A stretch of DNA of 64,000 nucleotides from Octopus sinensis. Its lineage: Eukaryota. Each line of letters starts with the position of its first letter. The stretch's first letter is position 1. This document shows positions 29,219 through 43,960 of the stretch, one piece after another. The stretch spans positions 15,934,001 to 15,998,000 of the forward strand of contig NC_042998.1 in the NCBI RefSeq assembly GCF_006345805.1, in the 5' to 3' direction. Made by a program: the position numbers and the translations under genes. Under the pieces are notes generated by a model that saw nothing but the letters and a program-made list of their open reading frames with translations, was not told the origin of the DNA and made no database searches.

Positions 29219-29290
29219 TATAGATAGATAGATAGATAGATAGATACATACATACATACATACATACATACATACATACATAGAAAGAGA
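29038..29290. repeat. (TA)n-(GATA)n-(TACA)n microsatellite
   Basis: Direct. Confidence 0.95.
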
Positions 29291-29959
29291 GAGAGGGAGA
29301 TACGGAGGGACACACAGACAGATACATATGTAAAGACCCAAAAATGCTGCCAATCATTTTGTTCAATGCATTACCGATTAGGACAGCGCAATTATCTACA
29401 CAGACACGCAAGCAAACACTGACACGCAAACACGCACGCACACACACAGACACACAAACATACACGCACGTGCATATACGTATGCGTGTGTGTGCGTCAG
29501 TGTAAGTATATATATAGATATTTGTAATGTAGTATATGGGGACATTGAGTCTTGTGGAGGGTATAAGAGATAGCTCTTCTAGCGGACTCGGCTAACAGAC
29601 AGCACAGTAATCCAGTACAGTGGAGTACATTACAGAATCACGTGCAGATGGAATCCAGGACATACGATCGATGAAAATATTTCATGGGAAATATATAAAC
29701 CACAAAATTTCAGTCCGTATGAGAAGTGAATATATTTATTTAACAACTTGCCATCCTTATCTCCAGGGTCCTTACGTAGACTGCTTTGATGTTATAATAA
29801 TTTCAAATTATAATAGATTAGGTTTAAACGTGTGCGCTAATATGCATTCTCTGTATTGTACAATACAATTGGTCATTCGCAACGTGAAGAAAGAAAATTT
29901 CATGAGATCACAAGAATCTCCTGGTTGCGCAAACGATGCAGCCCGTGTACATGTGTGTA

Positions 29960-30019
<60 letters not shown>

Positions 30020-30534
30020 ATATATATATGCATAATACTTATGAACATATATATATATATATGCACACATTCGCACACTCGTAAACTTTCACATGAATGC
30101 GTGAATTTGTGTGTATGTGTGACTCTATGTGTATATGTGCGTGTATATTTGTGTGTATGTATATATATATATGTGTGTGTGTGTGTGTGCGTGAGTATGT
30201 ATGTGTGTGTGTGCGTGTGTGTGAGGAGTCATATTATGGTAGCCAGTTCGAGTTCTTAAATAAAATTCTAGCTGATCCGTGCTGAAACCTACTTCAAATT
30301 TTACATTCCCGACTGAACATGGTTTCCAGTATATATTTCTTTCTGGGTTGATCCGTATTGTATAACTCCTTAGTGCCACAGCAGTTTCCTTGGCATATTT
30401 CCTGACAATGCTTTAAATGTTTATCAAAGAAATATAAAACATAATCTACGAAGTAATTAAAAACAAGACGTCTCTTAATTTTACAAACGTATAGGCCTTT
30501 CTGTTTCAATTGATCTGTGAAGCGGTGTGCATGA

Positions 30535-30548
30535 TCTAATCTATCTAT

Positions 30549-30632
<84 letters not shown>

Positions 30633-30642
30633 TTATCTATCC

Positions 30643-30681
<39 letters not shown>

Positions 30682-30691
30682 AATCTGTCTG

Positions 30692-30755
<64 letters not shown>

Positions 30756-30781
30756 AATCTGTCTGTCTATCTATCTATCTA

Positions 30782-30812
<31 letters not shown>

Positions 30813-30835
30813 ATATCTATGTCTCTGTATAGATG

Positions 30836-30888
<53 letters not shown>

Positions 30889-30920
30889 GTGTGTGTGTGC
30901 GTGTGTGTGTGTGTGTAGAC
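30535..30920. repeat. (TATC)n followed by (CA)n/(TA)n/(TG)n
   Basis: Direct. The variant ctttcaatctgtctgtc occurs twice. Confidence 0.95.
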
Positions 30921-31059
30921 ACACAGATGGATAGATATGTTTCTTTATTTACATAGATGATTTAAATATAGATAGGCAGGATAGGTAGATATGCATACAT
31001 ATATAAAATGATGTATAGATACAGGTAGATCGGTATATATATATATATTATATATATAT

Positions 31060-31112
<53 letters not shown>

Positions 31113-32666
31113 ATAGATAGAAATATAAATAGATAGATAGATACACTGTTACGTATGTACGTATGCATATCTTTACACATACACTTCTCTCCGTTTTCTT
31201 CATAATAGTGATTTATTAATTAGCACGAAAATCGCACGCAAGTACTTACATGCACACTCAACTACATACATTAGCTCATATACTCAAAGAGCCTCCACAG
31301 AAATATATTTCTTCCTCTTAGTCATAAATACACATAGAAGCAAAACCAGACACCAACAGACACACTAACACGTAAAGATACACGCACGTACGCTTACATA
31401 TACACACACACACATACAAATATATACTCGCGCCCGGATATTCTAAAAGCAGACGTTTTATTAAAATACAACAGAAGAATAAAAAAAGATGAGGAAAAAA
31501 AAACAACAACAAATATTGGTGTCTATCTATAAAATATAAAACACTGAAATTTGGTAGTGTTGAAAAATTGCCAATATTTAGCAGCTCTCCATTTCCTTTG
31601 CCGTTATGAATTCACTAGAGTATAGAAATTGAGATAGTATTACTTTTAGAATATAATGCTTACCAACCATTTTCAATTTAATGACTGTCCGGGCGGCCAT
31701 TTACAAAGACTTTCTCATAACCACTGTCTTATGCCATCAAAATGTCTCATAGTTTTATTTGACTAATCAACGGCATTATTTATTTTACAATTTGTGTTTT
31801 ATCTTCTTTTTTTTTATCACGTCTGGGAAAACTATTTATTGGTCTTGTAATTTAATAAATATGTGACTTGTTTTGTTAAGTAGTCGAACAGTAATAAAGT
31901 ATTACTGATTTCTTATTTCTACAAAGTGGCTTGATATAGTAGAAATAGCTTACTCTGAGCAACCCGATTTATTAGTAAGTTAAGATTAGTAATAATGAAT
32001 CGTTTATTACTATAACGATACATCCATTCATATAAGCATATTATATTACTATACCTCCATTTATCTTTTTTCTAGTATCAATTTACCTCTTTCTCTGTAT
32101 CTCTCGCACACGTTTTTATTCACGTTCGATGTCACACTATACATATATATAAGTCTGTCTCTCTCTCTTATATGTCTATATACGTGCGTGGGTTTGTACA
32201 TTCATGAGGGTATGTATGAATCTGTGGATATGTGTGAGTGTGTAGGCATACATATATACACACAAAGAAATTTTACACGCACACATAACCACACACGCAC
32301 ATACACGCACGCACACATATATAGTATTAGTACTGTCGTGTTACCTCTACTGAAATCGGTTTTGTTCAAGAAAATGCGTCTCAATGTAGTACTAAATGCT
32401 ATAATTGCAGTATTTTATATTTATCCTTTACAAACGTTTACAAATTGGTGCCATAAACGGTATGCGTGTGTATGTGTATGTGCACGCGCACGTGTGATTT
32501 AGTGTGTGCGTATATATGTGTGTGTGTATGTGTGTCTGTGTATATACATATGTTAGGGTATATACATATATACAAAATAATAAATAAAACATATGCATAT
32601 ATACATACATACATGTACGTGCCTACACCTATATGTATATATACATGCATATATATATATATAAAA

Positions 32667-32897
32667 GGCGGCGAGCTGGCAGAGACGTTAGCACGCCGGG
32701 CAAAATGCGTTGCTGTATTTCGTCTGCCGTTACGTTCCGAGTTCAAATTCCGCCGAGGTCGACTTTGCCTTTCATCCTTCCGGGGTCGATAAATTAAGTA
32801 CCAGTTACGCACTGGGGTCGATGTAATCGACTTAATCCGTTCGTCTGTCCTTGTTTGTCTCCTCTGTGTTTAGCCCCTTGTTGGTAGTAAAGAAATA
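32667..32897 (+). mobile_element. tRNA-derived SINE, type B
   Basis: ggcggcgagctggcagagacgttagc...gagttcaaattccgccgaggtcgac...gtagtaaagaaata. Confidence 0.85.
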
Positions 32898-34983
32898 TAT
32901 ATACATGCATATATGGGTACAGGACACCAAAAAAATCGTCGAACAAAATGAGAAACGAAAACATAAAAACAGAACCATGGAAACGGACATTTTTTTAAAC
33001 AACGAAAAAACAGGGTACAAGACATATAACACGAGGAAAATTTCCCTTATCCAGCCGCCACGAACCTAAGTATGTATGTGTGTAAGTATATATACCAGAT
33101 ACGTTTTTCGTGTAAATCCTGAAATAAGTGAATATACGTACATTCCTATTGCGTGTACTTTTTATTTTCTAATTCAACGCTACAGTTGAGAATGAATACA
33201 TCCAGTCACAATGGTTGAAGAAACAAAGGAAACAAAATACAAGCCGTATTGTACGCTTCGTAAACCTTGTTGACACTGAAAATCGATGTAACCAAACATA
33301 TGTATAATAATTCATCGGGTGCAAGCATAGAACAACGGCAATTCATTAGAACAAGCAAAAAATGAATAGAAATGATGCTGTTTTGATTCTCGTACTTCTG
33401 CACCCCGTGAATTAGTATAAATTTGACAGACATCAGCGCACCACAGAAAATAATTTGTTTGCTGCTTTATTCAAAGAAGAGCCTTTACTTTTGTTGGATG
33501 ATCCGTCAGGGGTAGCTTTGGTGATAACACATCGCATGTGGCTGAAAGATCGCATTGTTTTAAAGTTCCTTTCCGCCGGTGACTGGTCTATTTTATGAAC
33601 AATCATACTCAATGAGGAAATCTCCGATGAAAGAAATAGCAGCGCTCAGATACTTATATTCGAATCTGTCCGGAGATATTGAAAATGGATGAATACGTTA
33701 TTGCTGAATGTTCTAGAATCTTTCGATAGATCCAACGTACTTCATAACAAAAAGTAATAAATTGACATAGACACAAATAACCTTTCACACAGTTATGCAC
33801 TCCAATAAACACACACATATGCACACGCTCACACACATATACACACACATACGCATACGCACAGACACACACAGACACTTATACATATACATACACGGCG
33901 GAACTGGTGGAGCATTAATCTGTGACTACTTGATAATCAATCAGCATGGACATCTAATGAGGTAATTCCAGAGTTGAGGGAAGTACTCTTTTCTAGTGAC
34001 GAGGAAACAGATGTTGACTTAAAATCGCAGCATATGCTTGTTACGGACGATTTCGAGAATTGCTATGGCTAGAGTGCCAACGAGGCATAAAACTATGAGC
34101 CAAGGGCAAATAACATTTAGCAGAAGTACTCTCCGTTTTGCTTCAGATTGCCAAGACATATTGTGCAATTTGCGACTTTTACGATATGTAAGGAATATTT
34201 CACAGCGGAACAAATCTTTAAATAATCCACCGCGCAACGCACAAATATGTTAAGTGCTGCGTGAAACATCCTAATGTCACTGAGGCACAGGTCGGAGGTT
34301 TGATATAATTGGAGGACTCGATGATCCTCAAGGATTCGCTATTCTTGGAAGTAAACTGAAATCCGGAATGCATTATTGAGTGTATGCATAATCCTACGTA
34401 AGAGATGTTATCAAACGATACCTTAGTAAGCAAGGGGCATTATTGACCCTACAAGGTTTAGAGAATGACTAGAAATGATGAAGATGTAGAATGACGAATA
34501 AGTATTTACTACACACAAGAATTGCAGACAACAACTATGAAAACCTAACAAAAAAAAAAAAAAGAGAAGTTTCCGCGGCAAAATGTTTGGAGATAATCTA
34601 TAGTATTCCGAAACAATTTTCTGACAATAATTCTGATCAAATGTCATACAAAAACGTAACGTGGAGTATCGTGTATCAATATGTTTCATTATATATTTGA
34701 AATAATAACCAAACGCAAAAACAAAAAAAAAATACTACGATGTTATAAACGTTTTCAAGGAATTGCTAAGCAGTAGTATGTTTCTTTATATTTATGTGTA
34801 TGCATATATCTACTTATACAGACACAAATACATATGTACATACAGGAAAATCACATACACACACACATACACAAACATCTGCACACACGCGCATACACAC
34901 ACAGAGACACACAGAGACACAGACACAGACACACACCCATGCGCTACTGGGTGTTTCAACGCCTCTCTCTTTTTTTTCTATTT

Positions 34984-35350
34984 TACTCTCTTTTACTTGT
35001 TTCAGTCACTTGACAGCGGTCATGCTGGAGCACCGCCTTTAGTCGAGCAAATCGACCCCAGGACTTATTCTTTCTATGCTTAGTACTACTCTATCGGACA
35101 CTTTTGCCGAACTGCTAAACACACCAGCATCGGTTGTCAAGCAGCGTTGCGGAGACAAACACAGACACACAAACATATATACACACATACATATGTATAT
35201 ACATATATACGACAGGCTTCTTTCAGTTTCTGTCTACCAAATTCACTTACAAGTCTTTGGTCGGCCCGAGGCTATAGTAGAAGACATTTGCCCAAGGTGC
35301 CACGCAGTGGGACTGAACCCGGAACCATGTGGATGGTAAGCAAGCTACTT
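34984..35350 (-). mobile_element. tRNA-derived SINE, type A
   Basis: Reverse complement of the type A body. Confidence 0.85.
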
Positions 35351-36589
35351 TATTTCATTTTATTTGCCATAAAGGCAGTATACAGAGTAGCTGCGTGCTG
35401 GATAAACTTATTAATGAATGAAAATGATATCAAAATGAATAAATGAGAGACGAAACACAACATATTTTCTTTTTTTTAAATCAATATGATGTTTCAAACC
35501 TCTTACAAATAGGAGGCACTAAAACCTCTTACTTAACATGTTTTTCTTTAAACACACAATTGAGGTTATAAACTTCTTCAAATAATGCAATAAGATGTGG
35601 TTTAAAACCCTCTAACGAGGTTTTTTCACCTCCTACTCATCGATATATCCATCAATATAGCTATCATTATCTTCAATGCTGCTTGAGTACCTGTACCCCG
35701 CCATTTCCCATGCCTCATACAGGTACGAACCATATATCGTTTTAGGGCCACTCGGCCATATGCGACATCCCTCTTTAAAATCTTTTAAGCTTTTCCCACA
35801 CGGAAAACCTTATGACCTCCACAGCTATTTGCGAAGGGCATTCGGGATCCCGTGTGAAGGCCATATCTACTGTCTATGGTATCTATGGTATACTGTTTTT
35901 TTCCACCTATCCGCCCTTGTAAAAGAAGATAAGTAATTCTTCAACTTTAAGGGTGGGGGTCGTTTCTTCCACCGTGGGTGGCACAAATTCGTGACATGCA
36001 GATGGCACATCATCGTCCACCTGCAATGATCCATTTTTCTTCTTTCTTTTTTTTCTTCCTGACTTCGGAGAGTGGAGCTCTTCCGCTTTGTCCGGAGTCT
36101 CTCCCCCACCTCCCAAAGCCTTAGGCTCCTTCGGCGGGCAACCATTGTTGCCAGCTTTCTTCCTTTTTAATCCTTTTTGGGTTGAAGAGGCTGAAGGATA
36201 TCGACTCCTTACTTGCTATTCTAAAATGCACCATAAATGCTCAATACTATTGTTATCTGGAGACTGTGGTCGCTAGATAAGTTGTTCAACTTCACTAGAA
36301 TGTTCCTAGTGCCATTTAGCAACAACTTTGGCAGTGTGAATGTGTGTATTAACATCTTCAAAGATTGCGCTTCCCTCCGGAAACAGTTCCGCAACTATAG
36401 GATGGATTTGGTCAGATCCATGCTTAAATAATCTTGATTATTAATACTGCCATGGAAGGAAACTATTAGGCCGGCGGAAAGAAGTTGAAAGAAGGCAGTC
36501 TAGGGCAAATGCTTCTATAGGTTGTTTCCACACGGATACTCGGCCGGTGGTCGGAAATGGGGTAAAGGATGACTCTTCTGAGAAAATAA

Positions 36590-37194
36590 TATTCTTTCAC
36601 TGCTCTAGAGACCAATTCTCTAGGTTTTTACTCCACACTAAACGTTTTGCAACATCTGTTTTGAAAGTAGATGTATTCTGATTTCAACCCTTCCCTGAAA
36701 TCTGTGTTTGTGCAGTTCCCGGCGAACAGCTTTTGTGGAAACTGGGTTCTGGAGATGGTCATTAAGCTCTGCAGTAATTTTAGGAACTGTACTTTTGGAT
36801 CCTTTCTCACAATTCGCGTAAGAGTCCGTCGGTCCCAACCAGAAAGTTTTGATTTTCTTTCAGAGTATTGTTTTGATGAGGAGGATTTTTGCCTCTTTCT
36901 CAAAGGCTGTCGTTACTTCCGAGACAGAACTTCTTGATACACCAAATATTTTGGCTGTTTTCATTACGCTAGCGCCTGCCCTCTTTGAAAGTTCGATAGA
37001 TCTGTCATTTTAAAGAATTTTAATGACATTTTTCTGATGATATCTGAAAAGAAACAGGAATTTTAGTAAAACATATTAAGCAATACTAATAATAAATAAT
37101 AAAATAACAATAAACAAGCTTTTGACGTTTAATTGATATTTCAAAATTATGATGCTATGATGCTAGGTGTTTCCATTATTTTGTCCAACCACTG
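36590..37194 (-). mobile_element. Tc1-like transposon 5' half
   Basis: TA|CAGTGGTTGGACAAAATAATGGAAAC terminus at 37194. SERKSKLSGWDRRTLTRIVRK and KITAELNDHLQNPVSTKAVRRELHK (Tc1 HTH region). Confidence 0.8.
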
Positions 37195-38419
37195 TACACA
37201 CACACACACACGGGATGAAAAGTTTGTTTATATTGCACTACCATAGTGTTTTTTAGAAGTGATACAGAGAAATATTGTTATTACGATTTAAATAGGTTAG
37301 GATATAATTTCCGTTGTTCTAAGGGAAAAAAAATAGTTATGTAAAAATTATTTGGTATATCAAAAGACTATTTTGTACTTACGAGATGCAAAAAGAAAAA
37401 AAAAACTGAAACCGGCGGTGTAGCTTTATATTTCTTTGGGTCATGAGTAACTATTGCTCTCCTTTTGTTCCTATAGCTAAATTGGAAAAGTCTATTTCAC
37501 ATGAGATTATTTTGATTAGAATTTTTTTTATATGAGCCTTTTTGAATGTTTTTTGTTTATGGATTCTGTTAGTATATTACGTAAAATTCAGAAAAAAAAC
37601 ATTACGTGGTAGAGCGGTTTTCATATGTGAACTTAATTATCTACATAATGCTTTTAGTAATATCTTCATTTTATGCCAATTTTCATTATATTTATGGTGG
37701 AAAATAATGTCAACAATGCGTTAATCTTTTTATGCATAACTGTAGATGATCAAGCTGCAATATGCCGCCTACTCTGTTCTAAAGACAAGAGAATTATCCG
37801 CACCAAAATTTTACTGCATATTTGGAGCTCTTTGAATTATTTCTCTACAATGTTACACTTGGCTGATGCCAGCTTTCTAGTACCAGGCACATAGTTTTTC
37901 TCCGTATATTTATTTATTCATTTATCTATTTTTGCTTTTCTTTGGCGGTGGGTGTTGAAAGTTATACAAGCAACGAAAAATTACTACGTGATTCAGTAAG
38001 GCATTTTTTTTAATGTCTTATTTCTTTCGGCATGTGTTTGTTTTAAGTTATTGATGTAACGGCAATTTTCCACTCTTTTGCCCAACTAGCAGAATCGCTC
38101 GCACGCCGGGTATATGCTTAGCGATCGTTGGTCCGTCTTTACATTCAAAGTTGAAATTTTGCAGAGCTCAACATCACCTTTCATCACTTGCGGGTCTATA
38201 AAATAAGTATCACTTTGACACTAGGCGGTGGGTTGAATGTTATCGACGTATCCCTCCTCCGTAGTTGCCGGACTTGTGTCAAACTTTGAAGAGTATATTG
38301 AGAGTATCGAAATGTTTGGTGTATTTTAATGTCTACACGCTTCTATGCATACAGAAATAAGCACACATATAAACATATCGTTTTAATAAGTTGTGTATAT
38401 ACATGTACTAAAGAGGCAC

Positions 38420-38700
38420 AATGCCCCAGTGGCTAGGGCAGCGGACTCGCGGTCGGAAGTTCGCGGTTTCGATTACCAGACCAAGCGTTATGTGTGTTTA
38501 TTGAGCGAAAACAACTAAAGCTCCTCGAGGCTCCGGCAGGGGGTGGTGGCGATCCCGGTTGTACTCTTTCGCCCCAGCTTTCTCTCACTCTCTCTTTTCT
38601 TGAGTAACGCTGCGATGGACTGGCGTCCCGTCCAGCTGGTGGAACACATACGCCACAGAAACCGGGAAACTGGGCCCATGAGCCTGGCTAAACTTGAAAA
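38420..38700 (+). mobile_element. tRNA-derived SINE, type C
   Basis: A-box-like GTGGCTAGGGCAGCGG and B-box-like GGTTTCGATTACC. 3' part gctgcgatggactggcgtcccgtccag resembles the V-domain tail (recalled, not searched). Confidence 0.55.
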
Positions 38701-39070
38701 AGAAAAAGACGCATAAATAAAATACTATATGTACAAAACTGTGTTGGAATAGTATTATTCATGCTTAGTTCTTATAAAATATTTTTGCCGTTGGTAATAA
38801 TTGTTTGTATAAGAACAACTCACAGTAATATATCGTATTATCACCATTGCTCTTAAACGCAAGAAATGTATTAACAAGACAATTTAGTGCAAACATGTAA
38901 ATATTCGCACGAAATACGCATGTGCACTTATAGCACGCATAATTATGCATATACTGCCAGCAGGTAATTTATTGTGCACTTCAAAATCTTCCGGCAAATG
39001 ATTACATGATTTAAATGTTTAGCCATGTATGCACATGCACACATACATACATGAATATATTATGTGTATG

Positions 39071-39104
<34 letters not shown>

Positions 39105-39959
39105 GGGTGGGTGTAGGTATATATATTATATATATATATATATATATACATATATATATTCATAAATATATATATATATATATATATATATGCATATATA
39201 TATATGTGTGTGTGTATATACAGTATTAGTACTGTCTTCGTTCTAATATTAATTTTCTTTGGAATTTGGCACTTGTGTTGATGGAATGTATATATGTGGT
39301 GTGTTAAAGTTGCTTGTATTCTCTTCGTAGGAGGCTCTCCTGATTTTAAATTATTTCAGCTTCCACATCATTATTTTACATCGCTTTTGTGATTTTTCTA
39401 GTTATTGAACCTTGTGGGTGTGTTTATTTCATAACTGTCCATTAATCCATCGTGTGTATTTATGAGAAATGTTCATAATAGAATGCTTCATTACAATTTC
39501 GTTGGAGATTTCTGTTCTCTACCACAATATGCATTATCTTAGTTCGTGGTAAACTTCATATTCAGTCCTACGAATAATGTAGTTTATACGGTATTCTTGT
39601 TTTCTGTAACTCTTCTACAAACCAAGCCTTAATAACAACAGATTCTTTTAAAAAATACGTCGTGTCTTTTTACCAACTTGCTCTGAGAATGTCCGGTGGT
39701 TTTACTTATAAATCATTTTGTCAAAATTTTATGTGACACTAATTCTAACATTAGTTTCTTGTAAAATATTCCAAAATATCAAATCTTTTTCCACACCTGG
39801 TCTGGAATTTGACAAATACTATAGCCTATGAATTGTAGCTCTCGTAAGTTTAGAATCCTTTGATAGTTTCCTCAGACTATGAATAATTGAATTATGCCAG
39901 TTGTTATAGTCCACTCTGCATTGATGTACCATTCGAGACACGTTATATTATATATATAC

Positions 39960-42769
39960 TAGGGTCATCCTTAGAATTAGGTGATTATCCGAAAGTTACA
40001 AGTTTGCTGCTTTCACCCCCAATCCGTTTCCAATCAAAAAAAAATAGCAGCTGAATCTAACAACTGCTAGACAACTCTCAAACGCCTTCCAATTGGAACA
40101 TAGTACACGCAACGTTTATTTCTTTGCATAAGTGGTATACTTTTCACTGTCTCAACTATTTTCTGTTTTCATCTTGGAGAAATTTAGGTGAACACATCAA
40201 CACAAACCCAACAAGTGTTTAAACACTTTCTGAATCAAATTTACCAAAAGTTAATTTGAAAAATTCCTGAAATGACATGAATAAGTAAATAAATATTAGG
40301 TTTTTATAATATTTCACACAACTTCTATAAGAGAAATGGAAATGCATTTTTGTTTAGAATAATAATTTCTATAGAATCGAAAACATAAGGTGAACACTGA
40401 ATATTGAACATTCCTTTTGCACAAGAGAGAGTATAGTGCAGTTAGGTGTGTGTTAGGTTTCCAGTAACGATCTATAAAACAAACTGTTTCTCAGTTTCAT
40501 CTTTTATAAAATGATAAAAGAAAGTCCTGAATGAGTTTGACACTTCTTTCTGCAACATCATTCACAACAACTGTTTTCTCAAGTTTTTCAAATCCGCTTA
40601 TGTAACTGGCACCATCCGTCTATGTTGAGAGGTCTTTGTCGAGGAAATTTAGGCTGATAGAAAGTCTCATGAAGAAAGCGTTTGTCCCGGGAGCTACAAA
40701 AGACGAAAACTCAATGTTTGTAAAGGAAGAAAAGTAATTTTGTTGCAGAATGTACCTACAGTTGTTCATATTTCATATTTCTCTTCTTCACTTTTGTCTG
40801 CTTCCATCATAACTTGTCTTAACCTCTGTTGGAACATTGTCATCAAATATGGATAGAGCCATAGTTTCGGAAGTTAAGTACCAGAGATGGTTGGAAAATA
40901 TTCTCGCAGCAGACTTACTGATTTCTGGATCAATATCCTGATAATCTGTCAGTTGACGCAGGAATAGGAAATCCTGATGAGGTGCTTAAATTGTTTCTGA
41001 TAGCAGAAACTGGGCTCGAACGTAGACTCGAGCAAACAAACTACATATTCTTCTTAAAGTGTTCTTCTTCCCAAGAGATAACTGAAATTGATCTTGAAAC
41101 ATGTATATCTTCAATGCATAAATTGCTTGTAACATCCACCTACCATGGCTTACAGATCCAGATGTACAAAACGATATGTCATTGTACGGAAGGTCACCAA
41201 GAATTATCCTCATTAATTTGATTCCCGCTAATCATCTCGCTGTTGTTTCCGCGGAGGAAGGTGGTATTTAAGAAATCCAAGAATGGTAGACTGGACATCA
41301 TCAGGTACTTTATTCCTGTCCGTTATGTAAACCTTGTTGAGTTTCTTTCAGGTTTCTCTAAATCTTTTTTAAAAAATGTTATGACTGGACTAAAGTCTTC
41401 AGTGAGTCGTAACAGCTCTAAAAGGCTAGAAAAATGTGATGACGGCAAGGAAACTACGACTGGTCGTGTAGAGCAACTGCTCTAGATTTGTGCAGGCACA
41501 ATTAACTCGACCTGTGTTGCTTGCAAAGTTCCTGAATTTTGTCGGTTACACCCCGCTTGTCCATTGCTTGGTAAACAGCCATGACTTGCTGTTCGGAACA
41601 TGATGGAATTTCAGGAACTCACACTATTGCTTCTTGCCTTGACAAAATTACTATTATTGCCAGTCATTCAACCTTTTCAACATCTGCGAGCGCTGGGAGC
41701 AGCTTTCCATCCCAGTGAAACACTAATTCTTGACAGTCGTTTAAGTTAGATTTGTGCTGTATTTCTGTGTGTCTCGCTCTTCTAAATTTTTTTCTAAGGA
41801 GTTGAAAAGAAGTGAGATTTATTATCAGGTTTCCATTATCACGCACGAAAGCCTCTGCAGCAGCCATTAATAAGTAAACTCCATTTCTTACATTAATATG
41901 TAAACACCACTCTTACATCGTAGAAAAAAAACCCACTTAAAAGTTGCCGCATCGTGACTAGTTCGGCGCCCACGATTTGATTGGAAATAGGGCCCACAAG
42001 AGTCACATGAAAATATTTTCTGAACTTGTGTGATGAACTACCAGAGGCCACTTCGCACCTGCACAAACAATTCTGAAAGAAAAAAAGGAAGAATTAGTCA
42101 TGAAAGGCATCATATTTGGTCAAAAATAAGTATTACGAAGCACATAACACTATAAAATGTTATAAATATAGTATTACGACTTTGTCAGGGCTACTGGCAA
42201 AATGAACGAGTGCTTACAAGTTATTACAAATAAATTGACTTATGGTTATAAACGCGGACAAGTCATATTAGTTCACTTTTTATCACCAACGTATATTTCT
42301 TAATATTCTATTTCTCTACACTACCATTAGGTGAAATACAATTCTTTCATCGGAAGAACGCAACTCACAACCTCACCCGCTCACGGTTGGCCACCGACAG
42401 GATGACGGCGAGAAATAGCTGTTTGTCTTATACGTTCGCTCTGTCCCCAGCTTTGCAAGTTGACTTCTTTATTATATTTATTGTCACTTATACTTCTTAC
42501 AAAAAAAAAAATATCTGACCAAGTTTTTAATTTAAAAGAAAATTACCTAAGACATGGAAAATTTGTATCTTAAAAAATGGCTTTCCAGGCGAAAACTTCA
42601 AAATTTCACTGTCAATGAGGGTTGTCTTGCAGTTCTCCGCTTGAGCTAACATTTTCCATAGTATTTTTTTTTTTTTTTGTTAATTGAAACAGCATAGTGG
42701 GGTGGGAATAGAAAAACATGGCTATACAGCAGATATTTTGCTTCTAGCTAGCGTTAGAAACTTGCCCTA
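39960..42769 (-). mobile_element. hAT-like DNA transposon (probably hATm group), decayed
   Basis: TAGGG...CCCTA termini with imperfect subterminal inverted similarity (aactgctagacaactctca vs tgagggttgtcttgcagtt). No TSD visible. Confidence 0.6.
40440..42030 (-). pseudogene. Transposase fossil (HWDGKLL / CRHH / VVNDxAER type)
   Basis: In order, across frameshifts: QIVGAEL..RQLL, VFHWDGKLLPAL, SNTGRVN.ACTNLEQLL, PCRHHIF, RDD*RE, HGRWMLQAIYALKIYMF, NHLWYLTSE..ALSIFDD, VVVNDVAERSVKLIQDF. Confidence 0.85.
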
Positions 42770-43419
42770 TTTTTTTAGGGAGTTCGTAGCTGAAATTAGT
42801 ATATGTTTGGAATAGAATTGGATTGGTAGAGGATAGTCATACGACTGGTCTTAGAATTTTATGTAGGTCCCTGACAGACTTTTACATGTTCTTCAAGGAA
42901 TTTAGGAGACATTGCCAAATGTTAGGGATGCAATGGAGATTACATAATCTAAGAAATAAACTAAAGCACGGACGTATAGGGCATCCTACAAAAATATCTA
43001 AGACCATTTGTTTGAATATCCTTTAGCAAACCCCATTCATAACATAAATTCCTATAAAATATTAACATAAGCATATAAATTTATATAAATCTCTATAAAA
43101 ATATGGCAAGCTTCAAAAACTAGACAGAAGCAAAGCAGTTGCGTCATATGCCACGTCTTTCTATTTCATATATATTTGAAAATCAGTGCAAAATGTAAAA
43201 CCGGTTAAATCTTTAAATATAATAATGCAAAGTATTTTAAATATTCTCAACGCATTTTCAACTCCTGTTTTTCCTATTTATACAGGAGACTTATATATAT
43301 ATATATATAACACCATTCTGCTTAAATATCCTTACGTATCTCACGTCTGTTTTCATTCCTCCACTTCACTCTGTATTTCATATCTTCTTTATAACTATTA
43401 TTTAAATTTTTTTCCCAGC

Positions 43420-43467
43420 GTCTCTGATGAAGGGATATATAAAATATCCCGGAAACAGCTGTAAGAC
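43420..43467 (+). ncRNA. Minimal type I hammerhead ribozyme
   Basis: GUCU CUGAUGA A GGGAUAU AUAAA AUAUCCC G GAAA CAGCUG UA AGAC. 4-bp stem I, 7-bp stem II, palindromic stem III (ACAGCUGU), GUA triplet. Confidence 0.8.
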
Positions 43468-43534
43468 CTCTTTATAAATGTTCTGAAACCTGTTCACACA
43501 CAGCCTTAGATGTTTTTATCCCATTCTGTTCATT

Positions 43535-43606
<72 letters not shown>

Positions 43607-43612
43607 TATATA

Positions 43613-43699
<87 letters not shown>

Positions 43700-43700
43700 A

Positions 43701-43741
<41 letters not shown>

Positions 43742-43889
43742 TGTATATGTATATATATGTATATTACACACTCACATACAATATTATATATTTTGATTCC
43801 CATTTATAAAATAGTTCTATACATGCGAGTGTGTATCTCTGTATATGTGTGTCTGTGTTTCTGTGTGTGCGGTCTGTGTGATGTGTGTA

Positions 43890-43955
<66 letters not shown>

Positions 43956-43960
43956 CATCA
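43890..43960. repeat. (ATT)n microsatellite
   Basis: Direct. Confidence 0.95.

Noticed and set aside
33200-34720. Possible piggyBac remnants (acidic SSDEETD stretch, Cys-like tail)
   Set aside because: No catalytic motif or TTAA termini could be read.
35650-36580. GC/purine-richer stretch suggesting a LINE ORF1/5' end (similar impression at 28700-29035)
   Set aside because: No clear zinc knuckle or endonuclease motif. Needs a database search.
40974-41015. CTGATGA...GAAA inside the transposase fossil
   Set aside because: No stems I or III. Chance match in coding-derived DNA.
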